A DNA stretch of 64,000 nucleotides from Eledone cirrhosa (taxonomy: Eukaryota): positions 214,954,001 to 215,018,000 of the forward strand of contig OZ024743.1 of NCBI GenBank assembly GCA_964016885.1. The letters are read 5' to 3'. Made by a program: the position numbers and the translations under genes. The notes beneath the pieces were generated by a model that worked only from the letters and a program-made list of their open reading frames with translations, was not told the DNA's origin and searched no databases. This document shows, in pieces, positions 24,791-36,939 of this stretch (its first letter is position 1; every line of letters starts with the position of its first letter).

Positions 24791-25362
24791 GGATTTAAGA
24801 ATGATTTAAGGAATTAGTTCTTCCTACACATATACGTGAATATACGGAATCATATATTACAGCCTGACGAAAACTCAAGTGTTCCATCAATTATATAGTT
24901 TCTGCAACTCTTGGATTTTATTCCGTCACCATATTGCAAAATAGTAATGAATAGAGAACATTTCTTTTATGGATAATGTTTCTCCCACCACTACGTCATT
25001 CAATGTTTCTTTACACTAAGTAAGGTGGGGAATGTTATTCTATTCTAGCCCGCGGTGAAAAATATTTTGGGAATAAACTTTAGGTGATGAAATCTATGTG
25101 GAATTATATCATTTCGATCTTTCCTGATATTTGGCAGTAGAATTGTTATGCATCTGCTTTAAATTCACCTTATGGCAATTCACTGCCGAGATTCTTCATA
25201 GAAAAAGAAACATGTTGCAATATATTTAAAAAGGTAGGATCTAGTTTTGATTATCATACTTTGACGTCAATAATTCTAACTTATTAAAAGGCTATTTATT
25301 TTTAACTAATAATAGTAGAATGCACCATTGCATTTAAACATGTATTATTATTAATACATAAT

Positions 25363-25533
25363 GGGGGGGGGGTTGGCAGTATCGGTAGAGGGTCGGACGC
25401 CATGCTTTGCAGCAAAGAGTTAAATCCCGCCAAGGTTAACTTTGCCTTTCATCCTTACGGGGTCGATAAAATAAAGTACCAGTAATACACCGGGATAATT
25501 GCTGGCGTTGTGCCAAATGTAGAAACAATTATT
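25363..25533 (+). mobile_element. tRNA-derived SINE with a small internal deletion
   Basis: A box TGGCAGTATCGG, degenerate B box GAGTTAAATCC, core, and 3' gtagaaacaattatt. Confidence 0.9.
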
Positions 25534-27713
25534 AATGCATAAAGAATACTGTCATAATAAGAAGAAAGCAGAACATTCCAATCCTTCTTTTACATTTGAT
25601 GAATGCATGCACATATAATCATTTCCACCCGAAGTATATTATCATTTAATCATTAAGACTAAAATGTGTTCTAGAATCTCGGAATTGTGCTTGTTCAAGG
25701 AGAAAATAAAAATGAATGATTGATATACGTATATGCCTACATTGTAATACGTAAAGTATTGTCTCTGTCAATTTATTTGCAAATATGTGCTTTCAATTAT
25801 TTTGTTGTACATAGAAACCTTATGTAGCAATGTGTTCTGCGTAAATATATGCAGTACCACGCGGCAAAGCTTGTTTTAGCGTCTGCATGAGTTAAAATCT
25901 CTTTCGTGTCTGTGATGTGCAGAAACCCTTTTAAGATTAACTCTCAAGCCCTCGATATATTAAGACATATTTTGTACTTGGTTATTTTTTTCATTTTAAT
26001 TCGATTTCGATTAGGGTCATTGAGTCAATATTTTCATTTCCATTGATAATACCGTAATCCATATAATTTCAGATTATGTGTTGCATTATGACAAATGTTA
26101 ATCGCTCATATTAAACTTTGAATTTCTAAGAGTCGTACATGATCGTGTCGACAATATTCCTATGTTAGTAATGGTATTCGGAACTGATAATAGTATGTAT
26201 TTGCAGAAAGATCTTCCATGAAAACGGGGAAGAAGAAATAAATAAATACATAATTAAAAGGGGGAACGGGCAGGGATAAACGCCACTCTATTAATTAGAC
26301 GCTAGTTCGTAGCGACGTCCTGCAGAGAAATTGACGAAAGCTGTGTGACAGAGAACAGGTAGCGACACCAGACACAAGTAGTGAAATGTGTAGACTATAA
26401 TGTTAGGAAATAAATAACATGACTAAGTGTTTGAGGGTGAGATGATGTAACAAGGGAAATTGATGGTATGAGTGAGAGAGAGAGATAGAGAGAGAGGGGG
26501 AGAGATAGATATGTAGACAGAGACAGATAAGGAGAGATAGAGAGGGGGTAAGAGAGATTATGAGGGGTCAGTTAGGCATGTGAAGAATATAGTATTTCGC
26601 AGGGGAATGGAGAGAAAATGAACCAAACTAATAAAAAGAAACAGGTGAGGAATTTTTTTTTTTCTAAGTAATGATATATAGCTACCGAAAGCGATGTCGT
26701 GTATGGACTGGGGTGTAAAGTGTTGCTTGTGTGTATATTTGATCCTGTTGCTTGCTTTTGTTGATGATTTTACTTAATTTATCGACCTCTTTTATCGAAT
26801 CACTAAGACACAGGATATAAAGACACGAACACATATCTTAGAGATTCTATAAAAACAGGTCGATAAAGTAAGTGCCAGACATGAAGGATGTCAACGCTGT
26901 GGTACTATTGCCTTAAATCTTGTTGGTCATCTCCATATTCTAGGGCCTCAGAATAAAACGAAAATGATATATTCGTTTGTTTTTTTTTTTGCATTGGGAA
27001 TAAACCATGCCTGCTATTTTTTACTATAAATTGATCTACGATTAAATATATTATGCAGGTAATATCACAAAACAAAGATCAACGGAAAAAAAATCATGAT
27101 AAATGAGTTTATACAGACTGAGGTTGACACAAAGGCAATAATTGGAATTTGTTAGGTTGTACAAATTGGAATAGTATATTATTTTGATATATATACTTAA
27201 AAAAACAAATGCTGTGATGTGTGAGAAATTACAAACATTTCATTATTTTAATTTTAAATTTGTATATATCAAATGTGCAATTTGCGGTGTTATCTTCGGC
27301 GGCTGAATTTGTAAAACTAATGTGATAAATTAAATTAAGATAATTAAATTAGTTTTTTAAACTCTAAAGTTAGTATGTTTACTGTTCAGATGTCACTATG
27401 TAAGCTGTAATGTAAAAAATACAGTATGAAAGAAAAATTGGTGTTTTTAATACACTCAGGAACAAAATAATAGGGATGGGGTAGAATAATCGGTGAGGTT
27501 GGAAAATGGATAATTTTTCTATGTTGTCTCAACTGCTATTTTTTTTTTTTTTTTGAAAACAAGAAATAGTCGATAAGTAAACATACTGACACAACAAATC
27601 ATTCTATTTATATTATTACGTATGACATTTCTTGTAATGTTTGTTGTTTTGTCATGCATAATGTTTATTTAATGTCTAAAAGAAATGAATTGTCACAGGA
27701 ATGCTACCAACTA

Positions 27714-27949
27714 CAGAGGCGGTGGAATCACTTCCAAATTAGGAGTTGGGGTTGGTGGGCAAATCTGGTCAATTTAGCTTTTTGCACTTTAATATGGTCA
27801 TGAAACTTCGATATGCGATACACACAACATGCACATAAATTGTAGCGCATATCTAAATAGATATGTAGTTTGTTAGTTTGGGGAGAAAATATAATTATTG
27901 GGGGGCGGGTCATGTCCCCGCTGCCCAACCCAGAGTCCCACCACCTCTG
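27714..27949. mobile_element. MITE
   Basis: TIRs CAGAGGCGGTGGAA / TCCCACCACCTCTG with TA on both flanks. Confidence 0.7.
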
Positions 27950-27972
27950 TATATATATATATATATATATAT

Positions 27973-28131
27973 AAGGGGCTGATATACCGAGCTTCTTCGC
28001 ATTTTGCAATAAACTGTACTATACCAAATGTATTCATCTCGTATATATATCAGGCATGACTGATGATCCTGTGAATGCGCAGGTGAAACGTTAGAGTAAC
28101 ACAGCTGAACAATAGCCATAATAACTCAATG

Positions 28132-28196
<65 letters not shown>

Positions 28197-28330
28197 ATCA
28201 TCAGTCATGCCTGATGAAACTGCAAGTACTCAGGTGAAACTCCATAGTAATAAAAATCACCACTTCATCATAATAAATGAATATTTAAACTCTTACGTAA
28301 GTCAATAATTCAGGTCTAATTATTTTATTT
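27973..28330. mobile_element. two Penelope-like fragments with hammerhead-like cores, separated by (TA)n
   Basis: CTGATGA-tcctg..cagg-t-GAAAC at ~28060-28090 and CTGATGA-aactg..cagg-t-GAAAC at ~28211-28241. 28049-28070 is the exact reverse complement of 28194-28215. Confidence 0.55.
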
Positions 28331-28659
28331 TACATTAAGAAATCCCATATTTATGAACGTAAAATATACTATTACTCATTTCCCAAGACCCCCCCCCCCC
28401 CTTATTACAATCCCTGCTATTAAATGGGACGCTCTCTATGTCTACTACACGGCGATCTCCCATGATTATTTTTCTATATCTACAGAGTAATTTCCGAGTA
28501 AACAGTGATGGGATTTGACTTTTAAAAGCGCGCACTGATAGAGAAGAAGCGGGAAAAGCTGGTAAGGCGTGATGGAATCGAGCTACTAAATTGTGCAACA
28601 ATCAAGTCACTGGAAACAGATCAAGCATATCAATAACTAGGTGTGCTACAAAACCATAA

Positions 28660-28850
28660 TAATTGTTTCTACTGTTGGCACAAGGCCAGCAATTAACCAG
28701 TGCATTACTGGTACTTTATTTTATCGATCCCATAAGGATGAAAGGCAAAGTTAACCACGGCGGGATTTGAACTCAGAATGGCAAGGACCGTAACTCTATG
28801 CGTCAAAGCATGACGTCTGACCCTCTACCGATACTGCCAATCCACCGCCT
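28660..28850 (-). mobile_element. full-length tRNA-derived SINE with TSD
   Basis: A and B boxes (B box GAGTTCAAATCC) and core. Direct repeat TACAAAACCATAATAAT at 28647-28663 and 28851-28867. Confidence 0.92.
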
Positions 28851-28860
28851 TACAAAACCA

Positions 28861-28960
28861 TAATAATTGTTTCTACTTTTGGCACAAGGCCAGCAAATAC
28901 CCAGTGTATTACTGGTACATTATTTTATCGACCCCGTAAGGATGAAAGGCAAAGTTAACT
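28861..28960 (-). mobile_element. SINE 3' half
   Basis: Core plus 3' end, truncated at gttaac. Confidence 0.88.
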
Positions 28961-30939
28961 ATAATAATAAGAAGAAGAACCAGATCCTCCTATATACAAG
29001 TCCCTCCTATATACAAGTCCCTCCTATATAAAATAAAGTCGGTCGACAATGACATTCCTTTTGTATAAAGAACCAATACTAGCCAAATATGTTAGTTGCT
29101 TTAATTTTCACGTAAAAAATAGAAATTGATTGTATCTTCCACACATAAACTTTGGGGAATATTCAATCTTATTTTCAAGTTGTCAATTTTCTTCTATATC
29201 TATAAAATGTTGTTTGATAGTTTGAGTTATAATCCTAAACTTTATTTTGAGAAAGCATTCATGTAAAAGGTGATCACGTGTACTATTTAATTCGTTTCGT
29301 AGTCTTTGATTAATAAGCTTGTCACTGAATGGAAACCTCTCTATCATTTTCTGACCACTTACTTTCAAAGAACGTCTAGAAAGAATGATAAATAATCACC
29401 GATGCGACTTTTCTGACTGGAAACTATAAAACAACAGAAGTTGCAGCGGGAACACAAAAATAAGAAAAACACAACCCACGCACGAACATTGACATAAATA
29501 TCTTACCAGGAGAGGCTAGCTTATTGCGTTCAAGCACGTTATAAATGCCCTACATGGAATTTGTCAACAAGCCACATAATACTATTAAAACCATACGAAC
29601 AAAAACAAACCTTGAATTAACAATACCTTATTGATCACTCTTTACAGGGCAAATGAAATTAAAACACTCAACTGAAATTAGCATCCGCTATTTAAAAATA
29701 CTGTGATAGTCTCATTTTCCGGGGAATTTACTGCAATAAATTTGATGTGTAACACTAATTCGTCTCGAATTATACCAGATGGCCTCCAGGTAGCATTACA
29801 TCAATAGAACTATATTTTACTAAATTGGGAACACTGCCAATATAATTGAAGCAGCTGTAGAAGCTGAATTTGAACACGTCTGGCACGTAAGTGCAGAGCA
29901 TTGAAACCTTTATATGGCTGATTAAGCAAAATCATTTAAAATTGACTACTATTCGATGCAATCGACTTAAGGAAAAAGTTCTGTGAATAAATATAGAGAT
30001 AAATCTCTTCTCATACACCAAATCGATTTATATGGCATCTGCTAGAAGACAGTGAAAGAGAGCAAAATAAAGTTTTACAAATCGTAGAGTACTAATACAG
30101 ATAGTCCATTTCATATGTTTCTGCCTCATAAAACAGTTATAAATATCCACATTAGATCTGCAGAAGTTTTAATTTTTCACGAATTTATATCAATTTCCTC
30201 TTCAAGAAATTTACAACTGACAGCAGTCGATGACTGATTCATTCAGAATCATATACTAAACGAAGGCCTTGTCAATGCGTATAGTTTCACTAGTATTCTC
30301 ACAAATATCACTTATTATAACGAATATTGTTAGTAAATAAGACAATTACTTTGCATATATGATCTTTCTGTGTCCGTTTGCTTTATCACTGAACGTTTTC
30401 TTGAGGGTTAGACAAAGTGTGTACTCTGGTGGTACGTTTTTTTTCTAATTTTGAAATGCAAAATTTACCCTCAACGTGGCATCGGTCCATCGGTATTTAT
30501 TAAATGCAAAACACTTCAGTTTGACAAAGTAATGTCAATGATGCTTCAGGAAAAAGTGGGTTTAAAGACATACACATTCATATTCGGCCAAACCCTGATC
30601 AAACTTTTCAGATTCCAATTGGAAAGGAAAGTAAGTGTGGAAAGAGACTTCCTGCCACCTAACACATTTATTAAAAGAAGGATAAATGTACCGTAGATGG
30701 CCCGAGAATATGTGCATACATAGAGCAAGCATACGGACTCTTTTCTATGGTTCTCTTGGCGACTAGGGTGGTTGCAGATGTGTGGGATTCCCAAACTAAA
30801 CATGGGTTACTTATCATCAATTGAGAATTATGTTGTCATTTATTTCTTGTGAATTGTTTTATGCTTCTCCCCTTTTTATACGTTTTTATATTTCCCTAAG
30901 GTCCTTTGTATTTCAGCACTAGAAACAATCAAGGAATGA

Positions 30940-31132
30940 TAATAATTGTTTCTACTTTTGGCACAAGGCTAGCAATTAATCAGTGCATTACTGGTACTTT
31001 ATTTTATCAACCCCGTAAGGATGAAAGGCAAAGTTAACATTGGCGGGATTCAAACTCAGACCGTAAAGGGACGTAACTATGCTGGAAAGCATTGCGTCCG
31101 ACCCTCAACCGATACTGCTAATCCACGAACCC
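30940..31132 (-). mobile_element. full-length tRNA-derived SINE
   Basis: Same family; A/B boxes, core and ATT tail. Confidence 0.9.
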
Positions 31133-31409
31133 TGATAATAATACTCTTTGTAAGGTTTCTCTATTAAGATAAAGCCTGTTACTTGGCCTACCAGCAGTCT
31201 CTGGTCTCAGAAGCTCAATGTATTGCGCAGGACTCCAGCAGGGCTAGTGATAGTAGAAGATTGCACACTGTCTATGCAGTTGGAGAAGACGCGGCGAAAG
31301 ACATAAGGCAATTAGGGACTGTGTCTAGTGTCCTCATGGCGACTGTCATAGTTTCTATCTCTATAATGTTTCTAATTTCTAATAGACCTTCAGAATCTGC
31401 ATACATATT

Positions 31410-31652
31410 TGTCTTATTGTTGTTGTTGATGGCACTGCTATAGCTGCTGCTGCTATTTTTTATTGAATGGTGTTGCTGCTTCTGCTACTGCCGTTGTAGA
31501 TTTTGTTGTTATGTAGATGTTGTCGTTATTGTTCTTGTTGTTTTGTTGATGTTATTTTCATTATTGTCTCGTGCTGCAGTTGCTGTTGTTGTTGGTGGTG
31601 GGGATGACGTAGATAGGATAATATTAATAGTAATAATAATAATGTTTTCATT
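31410..31652. repeat. degenerate (TTG/CTG)n tract ending in (TAA)n
   Basis: Seen directly; abuts the 3' end of Tx1 copy 1. Confidence 0.75.
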
Positions 31653-34600
31653 AATGGCCACATGGGCGAACATGAAGAAAAACATTACTGAGGGCACAGG
31701 ACGATACGAAGTGGGTCTTGGCCGTGTATAAAGGTTATAACAAGACAGAAACGTGTAAAAATAAATTAAAAATAATTCAAAGAACAAAAATTCCCCCAAA
31801 AGTGTCACTGGTGGCGAAAACCACACAAAAGACCACGGCCACCCTGACCACAAGCAGCCTCCCTCAGTTTTTCCACCCCTCCGTCTACAGGCGCATACTC
31901 AGACAAGACTCGCCAATTTCACCCACCTTTCGCCACATCCGCCCGACTTTTCAGAGACAGCCTCCTCTTAGCGCATTTCTCGGTGAGCGAAGCTACCCTG
32001 CTCGTCACCTCGCTCTAATTTTTCTCCATATGGAGGTCTGGACCGAACCAGACCCCAAGCAATTTAACCGGTCCTTCTGTCCTGCGCACCACGACGCTGT
32101 CGGATGGAATGGAGAGGCCTCTCCAGGTGCCGAGCTGCAAGCCCACCGACGTTTCCAGTTTTATCTTTGCTCCTGTCACCGCTTCGTATTCATTGAGAGC
32201 GGTGCTGATCATCTGAACGTTTTTGGTGCTCGACAGCACCACGGTGACGTGGTCGGCCCAAGCCGACACGGATCTCCCGCATCCCAATTCGGGAAAGACA
32301 CTCTCATGTCTCCAATCTGTGTAGTAATGGCTCGAGGGCCTGTACGTACAAGAGGGACGAGAGGGGACAACGCTGGCGGACCGAGCACATGATGCTGAAC
32401 GATTGCGACAAGTGACCATTCACCCTCACGATCGAGCAGATGTTGCTATGCATCGAACCGATCCAGCTCCTAAAAACGGGCCCGAAGCCGGCTGCCTGGA
32501 AGAGCGCAGCCACGTACAGATGGTCAACCCTATAGATTGATCAAAGTTGCGCAAAGCCCCATCCGTGCCAGGTTTCTTAACCACCCTCTCTATGATGTAT
32601 CGCATGAGATGAAGTTTGTCGTGGATGGATCTCTCCGGAATGGCGTATATATGGGCCTCTCCTACCAGATAACCGACGACAAGCGCCTGCTTCTTTGCTA
32701 ACACTTTGGCCGAAATCTTTAACTCTGCATTTAGCAGAGTTCTGGGCCTGAATTTGTCTATAACGTCCTCCTTGTTCGGGTCTTTTCTCAGCAACGCCAC
32801 CGCTCCCCAGCTCTCAAAACTAGGAATGCTCCCGTTTTGCTGCCAGTTGCAGTAGACATCTGCCAATAGGTCTCCGAACAAGTCTGGCATGTACACATAA
32901 AGCTCATAGGGCAGATCATCCAAACCTGGCGATTTACCCCCGTGCAATCAGACATCGCTTTCCGTAATTTCCCTGCTGTTATCGGCTTTTTGCAGTACTG
33001 CGCTGCGGTCGTCGAGACCGGCGGCAGTCAGTCGAGGTATGCTCCGATGTCCATAATCCTATCCGGCCCGCCGCCGCTCCCGAACAATTGAGCAAAGTGC
33101 TGTTGAAAAGCCGCCAACATCTGCTCGTGTTCGAGCAACATGCGCCCGTTTGGATCAGGAAGAGACTGAATTCGTGATTTGCTGCCACACCACGCCTCCA
33201 CCACCCGGGTTCATTGCAAGGCTTTCGTCCCCTAGTGTCTCAGAGTACGTGCTCTAGCTCTGACAACGCATCCTCCATGCATTGCGTTGAAGAATTAGTC
33301 GAGTGTCTATGTCCCCGCAAGCCCTTCGGTTGCGGTCCCTGTCCTAAACGCCTCTTCTAGCTTTCTAACTAACTCTCCCTCTTCTCTATTTTCCTCTAGC
33401 AGTACTGCTTTGCTAAACCTTATCGATTCTACTCTAATAGCCATTATCAGGGTAATCCACCACCTGTTGTTGACGATCGCACCCATCAAAGCACACTTAA
33501 CTAATTTGCTAATCCGGTCTCTGTAAGCTTTGCGCGCCGGGAACGACTCGTTCAGCTTTCAGTAACCGGGCCCTTGCCTATGGAGTCTATCAACTTCACA
33601 GATCACAAATTCGTGGTCCGTGTAGTCGACTACTATAAATTGTGGACAACCTACACTAGCCTTACTGTTTCCTTACAGAATACCCTATCGAAATACGATC
33701 TGGATGAACCGATGCGGTTTCGCCATGTCCACATTGGCACATTCGGATAATCCAGTCTATACCTCTCAGACATTTCAAAACGTCTGAGCAGGTTACTGAG
33801 GCTTTTACACCCTCCTGCCCTGTCTACTAGCCCCACATAATTCCAGCGTGCATCTAAGATACCGTTCCAGTCGCCAACTAACACTAAAGAGCGGGACGTT
33901 CCAAGAAAGGCCTCTAGAAGTCTGAAGAAATCTGGCCGTCCTGCCCCTGTTGGGGCCTAGACGGCTACTAGCCTAAAAGCATTGCCTTCGCTGCCGGTCA
34001 TGGCCAGCACCACCGACTTATCTTCTGGGTCCAGGAAGATGGCCCGTATGGCGAGATCCAACTCTCTTCGAAAAATCACAGCAAGTCCTACGTATACGTC
34101 ATATCCGCCGAAGATCGGTGCGAATGCTCGTGCATCGGAGATTCTGGTATCGCTGATGGTCACAACATATATGTTTAGTGACCTGAAGTTGTTGAGCAGG
34201 TGACCCTGCTTCCAAATGACCCCAGGCTACGTACATTTATATTGCCTATTCTAAGTACGACCATGCTGGATGAGGAAACGGGGTAAGTTAGAAAGGATCA
34301 CTTACCTTGATCGTGTGGGGAAGAGACAGTAGAATCGTCCCTTCGACTGGTTATGGTTGTCTCCAAGATGATATCTGTATAGATTCTCTTGGAGTTCGAC
34401 TGACTGAAAGCTCCAACTGCGTTGCGGAATTTTTGTACTGTTCTATTGAGATTTCAATGATGCTTATGTTTGTCGGGGGAGTTCTTGGTGTTGGTGGGGT
34501 ATAGTAGTTTTTTTATGTGATGTATGTGTGCTGCTTTATATATTGAATGAGTTCTTTTTTCCATGTTTAAGGCTGTGTACCTTTTTGGGGTGAGGGGTGA

Positions 34601-36914
34601 TTTTGTTGCTGTTTGGTGTGTGTGTTTTGTTTTGTTTGCGTTTTGGTGTGTTTAGTGATGCTGGTGGTGCTGTGGTTGTTATTGTGAATGGTGGTGGTGA
34701 TGGGGATGGTGGTGGTGTTGCTGCAAGTTTCTTTGCTGCCTTTACCCCTCTTTGTATGCCTTCGCTTTTGGAGGGTGAATCTACGGGTTTTTCTGTTTTT
34801 TATGGCAGAATGTTTGACACTTCACTCCATGTCGGATTCCGTGGCGTCTGGGAGGGGTATGTGCTCCACGGCTGTTGGGGGTGGTAGTGGAGCCCCCTTC
34901 GGCAATTTTGTTGCTGGTGTAGCTACTTCAAATGTAGCTATTGGTGTTGCCGCCACAGATGCTGCTGCTTTAGTTGTCCGTGGCTTTGGTACGGGTGCCA
35001 CAGACGTTTCCCTCCTACTCACCGTAGAAGGGGTTTCTGCGTTTGTTGCCTGCCCTGCTCTTGGTAGCAGCGTACCAGGTATTGGAAGGAGAGGGTCCTG
35101 CTTCTTCGTTGTCTTCTGCGGGCATAAGGCCCTGAGGTGAACCTTCGACCCACAGAGATAACATTTTGGCCGTCTTCCTTCTACGCTTATAGGGAGTTGG
35201 AGTCCTTCTTCGATGTCTATGATATCGGGGATAGCGTCGATACATTCCTGGTCAGTGTGTATAAGCATTTGCATGCCTATACCTGACCAGTTCTCTCTCC
35301 CTATTTTCTCTATTTGCAGCATGGTCGTCCTGTTCTCGTTTCCAGCAAGGACAGACGCGGCCAGCCAAGGTATGGGTACGTCGGGTGGGATCTGGGCCAC
35401 TTTGACCCTCTCAATTTTTTGCCCGCAGTAGGAGGGCACTAAGACTATCTCCTCACTCTTCAGGGTTTCCAAAGAGTGAGACTCTGGGTGGGTGGCGAAA
35501 AGTACGTCTACTATGGCGTACGTTCTGCCTCGTGTGATGTGGGTTTTGCGTGCCCAGACGCACCCGAAGGCCTTTTGGATTTGAGCCTCCGTGGCTCTCT
35601 CCACCCAATGTGAGATTTTGCTTACAGTGCGGTAAGTCACCGTCCGTAGCTGCTGGTCTTTGAAAACATCGGGTAGAGGTTTCAGGGAGACTCTATTGGC
35701 GCTTCTTGTCACCATGGCCCTTACGACTGCCATATCCTCCTCTGTGACTAACACTGTCTCGATCCATCCCAGATCCGGACCAGTTCTCCTGCTTTTCTTT
35801 TGCTATTGCTATTATTTGTGTGTTGGCTTCGATGCCGGCGAGGACGGCCGCTATTAGCCAGGGAATCTCGATGGCCGGTGGAACGTGGGTCACCCTGATC
35901 TTTACGAGTCTCTAGCCACAATAGCTTGGGACGAGTGTGAAGTCGTCACTTCTTAATGGGGCCACGGAGTGTTCTCTAGCCTGCTCTGGTGTTTCAAAGA
36001 ACACGTCCACGGTTCCATACTTCTGCCCACGTCTGATGTGGGTTTTTCTTGCCCACACATGTCCCAAAGCTTTTTGGATTTGGGACACGGATGCCCGTTC
36101 CACTCGGTGCGATTTTACATTTATTGTTCGATACGACACGGTGCATAGGCGCCGATGCTCCTTTTATTAGGTGGGTGGGGGGTAAGGCTGACCCTGTACC
36201 CATCTTTCTTTACCATTTGTTTGGCATTTTCTAAATCCTCCTGAGTTACCGTAAATGCTTCGAACTGTTTTGCTACTATTGCAAAACTGAGGGTCGTTTT
36301 TATAATGTCATTATTGTTGTTGTTGCTATCGTTATTTGTGTTAATATTAATTTTAGTTTCAGTTGTGGTGGTGGTGACGTCAGTCGTCTTTGGTGGGGAA
36401 GAGTCCATTTTGCTTGATTTCATTTCGACATCACGAGTTAATTAATTTTTTTCTTCTTTTGTTTCTATTGTCGCGGTGGGGGTGGGGGGGTTGTCGCGGT
36501 GGTGGTGGTGGTGGAGGCTTTAACACCTGCAGTCATTGGTAATGGCGGGAAATGAATGTCTGCCTGAGACAAATTTAAAATATTGCTACTGCTTATATTT
36601 TTTTTTGTGTTGGCAAACGTAGTAACATTTACAATGGTGGTGTCGGTGTGAGGTGTTAATTTATGAGGAAGGCTTTCAGCTGCTTGGTGCAGAGGTGAAT
36701 TAGCCATTTTTTCAAAGAAATTTTTTTGATAATAATAAAAGTTTAAATTTTGGGCACAAGGCCCCAATCTTTTTGGGTGTCCTTTTCGGAAAACAATGTA
36801 TGTGCGCTTATAAACAGTTAACAATAAAATTTTCCATAAATGACAATTTTTAACAAACGGAAATAACAAACCTTTGCGGAGCTCACGATGATACGATTTA
36901 CTACGTAGGTCGCC
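31653..36914 (-). mobile_element. Tx1/L1-clade LINE copy 1 (composite; ORF1 plus APE-RT ORF2; degraded)
   Basis: ORF1 with CYLCGSKVHLRALC knuckle. ORF2 from ~34264: APE (VGDWNG, SYFDRVF, TDH, GPGY-KLN) and RT (KSPGLD, FRP-TLLN, SVRQ-CPLS, KLLGVWF). The C-terminal part is deleted near 31930. (TAA)n at both ends. Confidence 0.9.
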
Positions 36915-36939
36915 AATAATAATAATAATAATAATAATA
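36915..36939. repeat. (TAA)n at the junction of Tx1 copies 1 and 2
   Basis: Seen directly. Confidence 0.9.

Noticed and set aside
29180-30830. Short ORFs and an AG...GTAAGT pair (30550-30636) as host exons or a transposase
   Set aside because: No recognisable motif, poor acceptor, stops in the flanking frames; cannot be supported.
31183-31443. 86-aa ORF
   Set aside because: TTG start, runs into low-complexity sequence, no motif.
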